The notes below the pieces were generated by a model. It ran no database searches. It saw only the letters and a list, made by a program, of their open reading frames with translations, and was not told the origin of the DNA. 34,165 bases of DNA, taken from assembly GCA_018058035.1 (NCBI GenBank), contig JAGPCN010000002.1, positions 1 through 34,165 of the forward strand, given 5' to 3'. Positions 9,519 through 17,924 of this stretch are shown here, piece by piece. The number at the start of each line of letters is the position of its first letter. Position 1 is the stretch's first letter. The translations under genes were made by a program, and so were the position numbers. The DNA comes from Fuscovulum sp. (lineage in GTDB: Bacteria; Pseudomonadota; Alphaproteobacteria; Rhodobacterales; Rhodobacteraceae).

Positions 9519-10006
9519 TCCGGGCGTTGGCGCTGGCGCTGCTGGCCACTCCGGCCGCCGCGGGCACGCTGGAGGGGCGGCTGGTCACCTTTACCGTGAT
9601 GACCTGGGACGACCCGGCGCAGCCGTTCCTGCAGGCGCAGGGCCGCACCGTGACGGTGGGCGAGGGTGTCGAGTTCGGGCTGGAACCCGAGGGCCTGGTC
9701 GGCGGGCTGGAGATCGTGCCGGCACAGGTGCAGATCGGGCCGTCGCGGGTGGAGGTGACCTATCCCGCCGCCGGACAGGGCTGGTTCTACGACGCAACCT
9801 TCAACGGCTATGTGCTGCGGTTCGAAACCGATTGCGCGCTGTTCGCCGGCTGGCAGGTCGACCCGGACTTCACCACCCTGCCGGTGACGGACGCCGACAT
9901 CTTCACCGACAGGGGGGCGCTTTACATCAACGTCTCGGGCCTGGCCTACGGGCCATCGGCGCGGCTGGCGGTCGACCTGGACGTCACCGACTGCCCGCTG
10001 AGCTGA
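9515..10006 (+). CDS. Hypothetical exported protein (beta-rich)
   Basis: Signal peptide [16 protein letters not shown]; ATGA overlap with the sugE stop; host-like codon usage. Confidence 0.75.
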   Translation: MIRALALALLATPAAAGTLEGRLVTFTVMTWDDPAQPFLQAQGRTVTVGEGVEFGLEPEGLVGGLEIVPAQVQIGPSRVEVTYPAAGQGWFYDATFNGYVLRFETDCALFAGWQVDPDFTTLPVTDADIFTDRGALYINVSGLAYGPSARLAVDLDVTDCPLS

Positions 10007-10033
10007 GCGCCGTTCCCGCGGGCGGCAGGAACC

Positions 10034-10097
10034 CTCCTCATGCGACTTCGTCTTTTCGTCGGTTGCGGTGGCGAGGAGTGACGAAGTCATCGACGAG
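10034..10097. repeat. GAA-loop palindromic repeat doublet (REP/BIME-like)
   Basis: CTCCTCATGCGACTTCGTCTTTTCGTCG ... CGAGGAGTGACGAAGTCATCGACGAG; the left unit matches 17499-17526 at 26/28 nt. Confidence 0.75.
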
Positions 10098-10114
10098 CCT
10101 TGGCGCCAAGGCCG

Positions 10115-10840
10115 TCAGGCGCGGAACCCGGCCTCGGCCATAAGGCGGTTCGACTGGCCTTCGACGTCCGCTTCCAGCCGGGTCATGAACTCGGCCACCG
10201 GCAGGCCGGGGGCGATGGCGGGCAGGAATTCCACCACCGCCAGCCCCGGTTTCCGCAACAGGCTGCGCTTGGGCCAGAACACGCCGACGTTGCAGGCGAC
10301 CGGCACGCAGGGCTGGCCAAGCTGCTCATAAAGCAACCCGGTGCCCACCTTGTAGGGCCGGGTTGCCCCCGGCGCCACGCGGGTGCCCTGCGGATAGATG
10401 ATCAGTTGCCCCGGATCGGCGGCACCGCGGGCCACGTCCTGCTTCATCTTCAGGATCGCGGCGCCGCGCTTGCCGCGGTCGACCGGGATGCAGCCCATCC
10501 GCAGCGCATATTGCCCCAGGATCGGGGTGTAGATCAGTTCCCGTTTCATGATGAAACGGGGCCGGGGCATCGCCGAATAGATGATGATGATGTCGAAAAA
10601 GCTTTGATGCTTGGCCGCCACCACCACCTCGCCGGTGGGCGGGGTGCCACGGACCTCGGAGCGCAGGCCGCAGATCACCCGGGCGGAAAAGCGGACCCAG
10701 CGGCAATAGGTGTGGGCGGCGGTGATCGCGCCTTCTTTCGACAAGAGGGCCCAGGGCAGGAAGACCAGGGCCACAACCACCATCGACAGATACATCACCG
10801 CGATGAAGACGACCGAGCGGATCCATTGCAGGACGATCAT
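10115..10840 (-). CDS. plsC: 1-acyl-sn-glycerol-3-phosphate acyltransferase family protein
   Basis: KHQSFFD (HX4D), FIMKREL, PVDR, IYPQGTR motifs; downstream of ftsX. Confidence 0.85.
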   Translation of the reverse strand: MIVLQWIRSVVFIAVMYLSMVVVALVFLPWALLSKEGAITAAHTYCRWVRFSARVICGLRSEVRGTPPTGEVVVAAKHQSFFDIIIIYSAMPRPRFIMKRELIYTPILGQYALRMGCIPVDRGKRGAAILKMKQDVARGAADPGQLIIYPQGTRVAPGATRPYKVGTGLLYEQLGQPCVPVACNVGVFWPKRSLLRKPGLAVVEFLPAIAPGLPVAEFMTRLEADVEGQSNRLMAEAGFRA

Positions 10841-11739
10841 GGCAATTCCCGAAGCTTGCGAAAGGCCGCGCGGCGGGTGGCGGCAAAGGCCACCGCGCCC
10901 GCCAGCGGCGGAAGGACGAAGGGCCAGAGCCAGCCGAAGCCGGTAAAGCCAAGCCCGGTGAGGAAGCCCCCCGCCGCATCGGCGCGCGGAAGCAGGGCGA
11001 CGCCGATCAGGCCAAGCGCCGCACCGGCGGCCGACCCGCCCAGGGCGCGCAGGGTGAACCGGCGCACGAAGGCACGGGCGATGTAGCTGTCACGCGCGCC
11101 GACCAGCCGCAGCACCCGCACCACCTGCGCATTGGCGGCCAGCGCGGCGTTGGCGGCCAGGGTGATCATCGCGGCCATCGTCGCCCCGATCAGCGCGATC
11201 GACAGCCAGCCCAGCAGGCGCAGCCGGCCCGCGGCTTCGGCCAGGGGGCGGCGCCAGCGGGTGTGGTCGTCCAGCACGGCGCCCGGCGCTTCGGCTGCCA
11301 GCCTTTGGCGCAGGCCCTCGCCGTCATAACCGGGGTCGGCCTCGACCAGTTCGATCAGCCGCGGGATCGGCAGCGCCTCCAGCGGCAGGTCGGGGCCGAA
11401 CCAGGGCTCCAGCAGCTTGCGGGCCTCGTCATCCGACAGCGCGCGGGCGCTGGCGATGCCGGGCGTGGTGGCCAGCAGGGCCAGGATCGCCTCGGTCTGC
11501 ACGTCAACCTGTTCGGGCGGGGCTGACAGGCGGATCGTCGCGGTGCGCGCCAGCGCGTCCGACCAGCGGCTGGCCAGCCGCCCCGAGGCCAGCGACAGGG
11601 CCAGCGCAAAGACGCAGAGAAAGGTCATCGCGCCGGCGGTGAAGGTGGTCAGCCAGGCGGTATGGCCCGACGGGGGCACCACGCGGTCGGCCTGGCGGCC
11701 GGAGTCGATCAGGCGGCGCAGCGGGGCGGGCAGGCTCAC
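10837..11739 (-). CDS. ftsX: Cell division permease FtsX
   Basis: Four TM segments, LLEPWFG, LDDH..W, LRLVGA.DSYIA; coupled to ftsE. Confidence 0.9.
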   Translation of the reverse strand: MSLPAPLRRLIDSGRQADRVVPPSGHTAWLTTFTAGAMTFLCVFALALSLASGRLASRWSDALARTATIRLSAPPEQVDVQTEAILALLATTPGIASARALSDDEARKLLEPWFGPDLPLEALPIPRLIELVEADPGYDGEGLRQRLAAEAPGAVLDDHTRWRRPLAEAAGRLRLLGWLSIALIGATMAAMITLAANAALAANAQVVRVLRLVGARDSYIARAFVRRFTLRALGGSAAGAALGLIGVALLPRADAAGGFLTGLGFTGFGWLWPFVLPPLAGAVAFAATRRAAFRKLRELP

Positions 11740-12407
11740 AGGTCGGCCCCCGCCAGCTGGATGCGCCGCTTCGAGATCCGCAGCACGCGGGCCGGAACCT
11801 GGTTCTTGGCCTGGCGGATCAGGTTCAGGTCGTGGGTGGCGACCAGGATCGTCTTGCCCATCCGGTTCAGCTCGACCAGCAGGGCCAGCAGGCGCAGCGA
11901 CATCTCCCAGTCGACGTTGCCGGTGGGCTCGTCCGCCAGGATCACGTCGGGCCCCATGATGATCGCCCGCGCCAGCGCTGCCCGCTGCCGTTCGCCGCCC
12001 GACAGCGACGGCGGCCGCGCATCGGCCAGATGGCCAAGGCCCACCCAGGTCAGAAGGTCGGTCAGGTCGCGGGTGTCGCCGGTCTTGCCCGACACCGTCA
12101 GCGGCAGTTGCACGTTCGCCGCCAGCGGCAGGTGATCCAGGAACTGCACGTCCTGATGCACCACGCCGATCCGCCGCCGGGTGCGGGCGATGTCGTCGCG
12201 CGACAGGCTGCGCACCTCGCGGTCAAAGATGGTGACATGGCCCGAGGTGGGCATCAGCTCGGCATAGGCCAGCTTGAGGAAGGTGGTCTTGCCGGCGCCC
12301 GAAGGGCCGGTCAGAAAGTGGAACGACCCCGGCGCCAGGCGCAGGCTGACTTCGGACAGAAGCTCGCCTCCGCCGTAGTTGTAGGCTGCATTCTCGAAGG
12401 CGATCAC
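11736..12407 (-). CDS. ftsE: Cell division ATP-binding protein FtsE
   Basis: FHFLTGPSGAGKTT, RRRIGVVHQD, LSGGERQR, LADEPTGNVD, ATHD. Confidence 0.93.
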   Translation of the reverse strand: MIAFENAAYNYGGGELLSEVSLRLAPGSFHFLTGPSGAGKTTFLKLAYAELMPTSGHVTIFDREVRSLSRDDIARTRRRIGVVHQDVQFLDHLPLAANVQLPLTVSGKTGDTRDLTDLLTWVGLGHLADARPPSLSGGERQRAALARAIIMGPDVILADEPTGNVDWEMSLRLLALLVELNRMGKTILVATHDLNLIRQAKNQVPARVLRISKRRIQLAGADL

Positions 12408-12581
12408 CCGGTTTCACCCGATCCTGGCTGCTGTCCGGCCCCGACAATGGACTGGAAGGGTTGTGCTTTCAATCGCACGACGATTAACCTTTGTACAAGA
12501 GCAGGCGACAAAGCCTTGGAGACGGCGGGCATGGTTGATAGAAACGGCTCAGACCTGTGCTTCGGGCTTGGGGGACAATGA

Positions 12582-13643
12582 ATGCGGCTGACGTGCCCGA
12601 ATTGCGATGCAAAGTACGAAGTGCCGGAAGACGCCATCCCCGAAGGCGGGCGCGATGTCCAGTGTTCGAATTGCGGCCACGGCTGGTTCCAGTCGCGCCC
12701 CGAGGCCGAGATCGCGGCCGAGGAAGAGGCTGCGCTGTTCGGCGATGACCTGCCGGCACCGGCTGCGGCCGAAGGGCCGGCCGAAGACGCGGCTGCGGCC
12801 GTGGCGCGGGCCGTGACGGCGGTCGAAGCCCCCCCGGCCGAAGCGACTGCCGAACCCGCCGCCGAACCCCCTGGTGACGAAAGCCCGTCGCTGGACGACG
12901 CCCCGGCTGCCGCCGCGCCCGTTGTTGCATCCGTCGCTGTGTCGGACGACACCGGCGCGGCGCTGGCTGCCTTGCTGAAAGAGGCGGTTGCCGCCCCAGC
13001 GGCTGCGGCTGCGCCCGTGGTCCCTCCGGCCGAAGCCAGCCCCGAACCCGCCCCTGCCGGCGCGCCGCCGCGGCGCGAACTGGACGACAGCGTGCTGTCG
13101 ATCCTGCGCGAAGAGGCCGAGCGCGAGGAAGAGGCCCGCCGTGTCGAGGTGCGCAAGACCGGAGCGATGCAGGCCGAGGCCGACAGCCAGATGCAGGTGC
13201 AGCCCGACCTGGGCGTCGATGCGGCCGGCGTGACCGGCGCCCTGACCGCAACCCAGCGGCGTCTGGCGATGCTGAAGGGCGAGGACCCCGACGCCCCCCC
13301 GCCAGAGCCGCCGCGCCCCGCCGCCCGCCGCGACCTCTTGCCCGATGTCGAGGAGATCAACTCGACCCTGCAGCCCGGAGAGGGTGGCGACCCCGATGCC
13401 GAGATCGACGCGCTGCCCGACCTGACGCGCGGCCGCAGCAGTTTCCGCAGCGGGTTCTTCCTGGTCTTCCTGTTGTTCATCGTGGCCGCCGTGGTCTATG
13501 TGGCCGCGCAGCGGCTGGCGGCGCAGTTCCCGGCGCTGGAAGGCGCGCTGAACGGCTATGTCGCCTTTGTCGACGGGCTGCGGCTGTGGCTGAACGACCT
13601 GATGAAATCGGCCACCCAGGCGATTTCCGGCGGCGAGGCCTGA
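12582..13643 (+). CDS. MJ0042-type zinc-ribbon membrane protein (ZitP-like N-terminus)
   Basis: MRLTCPNC..KYEV...GRDVQCSNCGHGW, long Ala/Pro/Glu linker, C-terminal TM helix. Confidence 0.85.
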   Translation: MRLTCPNCDAKYEVPEDAIPEGGRDVQCSNCGHGWFQSRPEAEIAAEEEAALFGDDLPAPAAAEGPAEDAAAAVARAVTAVEAPPAEATAEPAAEPPGDESPSLDDAPAAAAPVVASVAVSDDTGAALAALLKEAVAAPAAAAAPVVPPAEASPEPAPAGAPPRRELDDSVLSILREEAEREEEARRVEVRKTGAMQAEADSQMQVQPDLGVDAAGVTGALTATQRRLAMLKGEDPDAPPPEPPRPAARRDLLPDVEEINSTLQPGEGGDPDAEIDALPDLTRGRSSFRSGFFLVFLLFIVAAVVYVAAQRLAAQFPALEGALNGYVAFVDGLRLWLNDLMKSATQAISGGEA

Positions 13644-13658
13644 CCGCCGCGCGGTGGC

Positions 13659-16145
13659 CTAGAACATGTCCAAGAGGCGCTTGAGGTAATCCAGTTCCTC
13701 GGCCGGGCGCCCCGCCTCGCCCGAGCGGCGGCGGATTTCGTCCAGCAGGTCCTGGGCGCGCTTGTCGGGGTCGTTCTGCACCATGTTGCGGTCGCTGCCG
13801 ATGCGGGCGGCGTCGCCGGGTTCGCGGCCCAGCGGGTCGCGGCCTTCGGGGTCGGCGCGGCCGGCTTCCTGGGTGCCGCCGTTCTCCTGGCCGTCGCGGT
13901 TTTCCTCGGCCAGGGCCTCGCCGAATTCCTGCATGCCCTCGCGCATCGCCTCCATCGCGTCGGCCTGATGGTCCAGCGCGCCGTCCAGGTCGCCCTCGTC
14001 CAGCGCGCGTTCGGCCTGGCGCATGGCGTCTTCGGCGCGGTCCAGCGCATCGCGGCCGGCCTCGCCCTGTTCGCCGCCGTCGCCCGGCAGGCGCTGGTCC
14101 TGCAATTCGCCCAGACGTTCGCGCAGGTCGCGCTGGCGCTCGGCCAGGTCGCCCTCGTCGCGCGGTTCGCCGTCCTGACCCGGTTCCTGGCCCTGGTCGC
14201 CGCCCCGGCCCTGCTGCATGTCGCGGTAGGCGTCGTCGGACAGGTCCTGCTGGTCGCGCAGGGTCTCGCCCAGGTCCTGCATCGGGCCTTCGCCCTGGCC
14301 CTGCCCCTGGCCCTGCGTGACCTGCATGTTTTCCATCAGCTGGCGCAGCTGTTCCATCAGCGCCATCGCCTCGGCGGTCTTGCCTTCCTGCATCAGGCGC
14401 TCGATCTCATCCAGCATCTGTTGCAGCATGTCGCCGGTGATTTCCTGGCCCTCGCCCCCCTGCGGCGCGCCTTCGGGGTTGCGCTGCGCCTCTTCGGCCA
14501 GCTCTTGGGTATAATCCCGCATCGCCTGCTGAAGTTCCTTCATCAGCTCGTCGATTTCCTCGGGCGAGGCGCCGTTGCGGATTGCCTCTTCCAGCCGGTC
14601 CTGGGCGCGCTGCAACCGCTCCAGCGCGCTGGACAGGTCGCCCTCTTCGAACATCAGCGCGATGGCCCACAGCTTTTCGGCCATGGCATCGCGCTGTTCG
14701 GTGGTCATGCTGCCCTGGATCTTTTCCAGCTCGCGCAGCGCCACCCGAAGGTGCAGCGCGGCGCGGTCCGAGCGCAGGAAGTCTTCGGGCCGGTGCGACA
14801 CCGCTTTCAGGATTTCGACCGTGCGGGGCGCGTTGACCCGGTTCCACAGGATGTCGCGGCGCAGTTCGATCACGGCGGCCGCCATCGGGTCAAAGAACCG
14901 GCGGCCGTGCAGCAGCACCGAATAGGGCGCGCTTTCGGCGGCCTGGCCCGCGGCGTCGGTGGCTGCAAAGACCATGGTCACCGGCAGGTTCGCCAGCACC
15001 GATTTGGACAGATCGTCCACCAGCATCTCGGTGAACTCCTGCCGCCCGCCCTTCATCGGCATCGGCAGGTCCAGCAGGACCGGCTCGACCGGCTCGGGGT
15101 CGACGGTCAGGCCGTGGCGGCGGTCGACGGCGGCCAGGTCCAGCGTGATCGTCACCCGGCCCGCCACCACGCCGTAATCGTCGCGGGCGGTGAAGCCCTG
15201 CTTGAAGGTGCCGTCCGCCTCGCGCGTCATGTCGCCGGCAACCTCGATCGCGGGCATGCCGTCGGGGATGGCGGTGATCTGCCATTCCCGGCCGCCGGGG
15301 CCGGTGATCTCCAGGCTGCCCGACTGGCTGACGGTCAGGTCGGTCAGGCCCGCCATCCCTTCGGGCGCGGGCGGGGCCGGTTCGGCCGAGGCCGGCTGCG
15401 GCGCGACCCGGGCGATGGTCTGGTCGACCGACAGCGCCCCCGCCTCGCCGTAAAGGCGGATCTGGATGCGGGTGCCGACCGGCAGTTCCAGCGTCGGCGC
15501 GGTGACGTCCGACAGGTAGACCGATGGCTTGCCGGTATAGGCCGGCGGCTGCGCCCAGCCTTCCCAGGACGGGCCGCCGCCCGCCGCCTCGGCCGGGCCG
15601 GGGGCGATGCCGGCGACCGAGGATACCCGCCAGAAGCTGCCGAACAGCGCCGCCATGACGGCCGCGGTCAGCGCCACATAGCGCAGCGAATAGGGGTCGC
15701 GCGACGACAGCCGCAGGTCGGGCGCAACGGGTTTCGCCTGTGCCGCGCGGTCGGCCATCCGCTTCAGGTGCGCCCGCCAGACCGCCAGCGAGGCCGGGTC
15801 GCCCGTGCCGATGACCTGCGTATCGGCCAGCGCCGTCAGCGGGCGGCCGGGCAAGGTGGCGTCCAGCCGGGCCAGCGCGTCGCCGCGCGAGGGCCTGCGG
15901 AACTGCCGCCAGCCCCAGGCCAGCGCCGCCAGTGCAGCAACCGCGACCACGCCGGCGGCGATCTGCACCCAGAGGATCGGCCCCAGGTCCTGCACCCCGA
16001 AGGCCAGCGCCGAGAAGGTCAGAAGGACCAGCGTCCACAGCGGCCAGAAGGCCCGCGCGATGCGTTCCGCCCACAGCCCCGCCAGCGTCAGGCGCAGCGG
16101 CCAGACCAGGCGTTTCAGCGTCTCGGTCGGGGCATTCAGGATCAT
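13659..16145 (-). CDS. TIGR02302/DUF4175 family membrane protein
   Basis: WERIARAFWP, RDPYSLR, W..PP.YTGKP, DDYGV, coiled coils, DPLGR and ELDYLKRLL C-terminus; usual position after lysA. Confidence 0.9.
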   Translation of the reverse strand: MILNAPTETLKRLVWPLRLTLAGLWAERIARAFWPLWTLVLLTFSALAFGVQDLGPILWVQIAAGVVAVAALAALAWGWRQFRRPSRGDALARLDATLPGRPLTALADTQVIGTGDPASLAVWRAHLKRMADRAAQAKPVAPDLRLSSRDPYSLRYVALTAAVMAALFGSFWRVSSVAGIAPGPAEAAGGGPSWEGWAQPPAYTGKPSVYLSDVTAPTLELPVGTRIQIRLYGEAGALSVDQTIARVAPQPASAEPAPPAPEGMAGLTDLTVSQSGSLEITGPGGREWQITAIPDGMPAIEVAGDMTREADGTFKQGFTARDDYGVVAGRVTITLDLAAVDRRHGLTVDPEPVEPVLLDLPMPMKGGRQEFTEMLVDDLSKSVLANLPVTMVFAATDAAGQAAESAPYSVLLHGRRFFDPMAAAVIELRRDILWNRVNAPRTVEILKAVSHRPEDFLRSDRAALHLRVALRELEKIQGSMTTEQRDAMAEKLWAIALMFEEGDLSSALERLQRAQDRLEEAIRNGASPEEIDELMKELQQAMRDYTQELAEEAQRNPEGAPQGGEGQEITGDMLQQMLDEIERLMQEGKTAEAMALMEQLRQLMENMQVTQGQGQGQGEGPMQDLGETLRDQQDLSDDAYRDMQQGRGGDQGQEPGQDGEPRDEGDLAERQRDLRERLGELQDQRLPGDGGEQGEAGRDALDRAEDAMRQAERALDEGDLDGALDHQADAMEAMREGMQEFGEALAEENRDGQENGGTQEAGRADPEGRDPLGREPGDAARIGSDRNMVQNDPDKRAQDLLDEIRRRSGEAGRPAEELDYLKRLLDMF

Positions 16146-16173
16146 CGGGCGCCTCGGCTGGCCGGACGGCGCG

Positions 16174-17439
16174 TCACAGCCATTCGGGAAGTCTATCCCG
16201 CGAAATCATTTCGTCAAAGGTCGGCCTTTCCCGAATGACGGCATAGTGATCCCCGTGGACCAGCACTTCGGGAATCAGCGGGCGGCTGTTGTATTCCGAT
16301 GCCATCACCGCGCCATAGGCTCCGGCCGAGCGGAAGGCGACAAGGTCGCCCTCGGCCATCAGCGGCAGTTCGCGCGCCTTGGCAAAGGTATCGCCGGTCT
16401 CGCAGACCGGGCCGACCACGTCGAAGGGGTGCGTCGGGTCGCCGGGCGTGCCCTCTACCACCGGGATGATGTCATGATGCGCGCCGTACATGCTGGGGCG
16501 GACAAGGTCGTTCATCGCGGCATCGAGGATCAGGAAATCGCGCCCCTCGCCGTTCTTGACGTAGATGACCGAGGCGACCAGCAAGCCCGAGTTACCCGAG
16601 ATCAGCCGCCCCGGCTCGATCTCGATTTCCGCGTCCAGGTCGCCCAGGGTGCGCTTGATCATAGCGCCATAGTCGGTGGGCAGCGGCGGGGCCTCGTTCG
16701 AGCGGGCATAGGGAATGCCAAGGCCGCCGCCCAGGTCCAGCCGGGTGATGGCATGGCCATCGGCGCGCAGGGCCAGCGTCAGCTCTCGCACTTTCTGGAA
16801 CGCCGCCTCGAACGGGGCCAGTTCGGTCAGCTGGCTGCCGATATGGACATCGACGCCGACGACGCGCAGGCCGGGCAATCGGGCAGCTTCGGCATAGGCC
16901 TCGCGCGCCTTGGCGATGGGGATGCCGAACTTGTTCTCGCTCTTGCCGGTGGCGATCTTTTCGTGGGTCTTCGCGTCGACGTCCGGGTTCACCCGGATCG
17001 CGATGGGGGCGACCTTGCCCATCGAGGCCGCGATGTCGGAAATCGCCCGCATCTCGGGTTCGGATTCGACGTTGAACTGGCGGATGCCGCCCTCCAGCGC
17101 GCAACGGATTTCCGCCCGGGTCTTGCCCACGCCGGAAAACACGATCCGGTCGCCCGGAACGCCGGCGGCGCGGGCGCGCAGGTATTCGCCGATGGACACG
17201 ACATCCATCCCCGCGCCCAGGTCGCCCAGAACCTTGAGTACGGCGACGTTCGACAGCGACTTGATGGCAAAGCAGACCAGATGCGGCAGGGGGCTGAGGG
17301 CCTCGGTGAACAGGCGGAAATGCCGGGTCAGGGTGGCGGTGGAATAGACGTAGAAGGGGGTGCCCACGGCGGCGGCAATCTCGGGGATCGCGACGCCTTC
17401 GGCATGCAGGATGCCGCCCTTGTACAGAAAATGGTCCAT
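16174..17439 (-). CDS. lysA: Diaminopimelate decarboxylase
   Basis: GTPFYVYS, FAIKSLSN, DVVS.GE, FSGVGKT, RVNPDVDA.TH.KI.TG, HIGSQL, EPGR, GPVCETGD, GAYG.VMASEYN. Confidence 0.97.
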   Translation of the reverse strand: MDHFLYKGGILHAEGVAIPEIAAAVGTPFYVYSTATLTRHFRLFTEALSPLPHLVCFAIKSLSNVAVLKVLGDLGAGMDVVSIGEYLRARAAGVPGDRIVFSGVGKTRAEIRCALEGGIRQFNVESEPEMRAISDIAASMGKVAPIAIRVNPDVDAKTHEKIATGKSENKFGIPIAKAREAYAEAARLPGLRVVGVDVHIGSQLTELAPFEAAFQKVRELTLALRADGHAITRLDLGGGLGIPYARSNEAPPLPTDYGAMIKRTLGDLDAEIEIEPGRLISGNSGLLVASVIYVKNGEGRDFLILDAAMNDLVRPSMYGAHHDIIPVVEGTPGDPTHPFDVVGPVCETGDTFAKARELPLMAEGDLVAFRSAGAYGAVMASEYNSRPLIPEVLVHGDHYAVIRERPTFDEMISRDRLPEWL

Positions 17440-17498
17440 GCGCGTCCCTGCCTTGGTTGCGCGGTCTATAGCACGCGCGGCGGGCGCTTCAATCGCGG

Positions 17499-17567
17499 CT
17501 CCTCATGCGCCTTCGGCTTTTCGTCGCAGGATGCCGCCCCGAGGAGCGCATGAAATGCGACGACGAG
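17499..17567. repeat. GAA-loop palindromic repeat doublet (REP/BIME-like)
   Basis: CTCCTCATGCGCCTTCGGCTTTTCGTCG ... CGAGGAGCGCATGAAATGCGACGACGAG; second copy of the 10034-10097 element. Confidence 0.75.
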
Positions 17568-17569
17568 GG

Positions 17570-17710
17570 TCAGTTGCCGACGATGCCGATCTTTGCCTGG
17601 CCGCTGATCGTCAGGCCGGGGGCGGTGGCGGCCTGCGAGGGCGGAACCGGCGGGCCGTCGGCACCGCAGGCGGCAAGAAGGGTCAGGACGGCCAGGGCGG
17701 CAAGGCGCAT
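17570..17710 (-). CDS. Small lipoprotein (46 aa), argH-lysA associated
   Basis: Manual translation MRLAALAVLTLLAACGADGPPVPPSQAATAPGLTISGQAKIGIVGN*; LAAC lipobox; GAGG RBS; below the ORF-track length cutoff. Confidence 0.85.
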   Translation of the reverse strand: MRLAALAVLTLLAACGADGPPVPPSQAATAPGLTISGQAKIGIVGN

Positions 17711-17718
17711 GGGAAACC

Positions 17719-17880
17719 TCAGGGCGTGTAGGTGATGGTGCCGCCGCCCTCAAGCCCGGCCGAGATCGACGGCCGCACCTTGGCGCCATAGGGTCCGACC
17801 GAGACACTGGCGCCGACCTCGGGTCCGACGCAGGCGGCCAGCGCCAGGGGCAGCAGCAGGGCAGGCAGCTTGCGCAGCAT
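17719..17880 (-). CDS. Small lipoprotein (53 aa)
   Basis: MLRKLPALLLPLALAAC-VGPEVGASVSVGPYGAKVRPSISAGLEGGGTITYTP; LAAC lipobox; GGAGAG RBS. Confidence 0.8.
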   Translation of the reverse strand: MLRKLPALLLPLALAACVGPEVGASVSVGPYGAKVRPSISAGLEGGGTITYTP

Positions 17881-17924
17881 CGTCACTCTCCGGTCGCGGG
17901 CGGGGCGGACGGCGCAAGCATTCC

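Noticed and set aside
13968-16238. 756-aa + strand ORF (similarly 15805-17553, 20593-22719, 24258-25892, 30811-32919)
   Set aside because: Antisense shadows of real genes, expected in high-GC DNA; no recognisable motifs.
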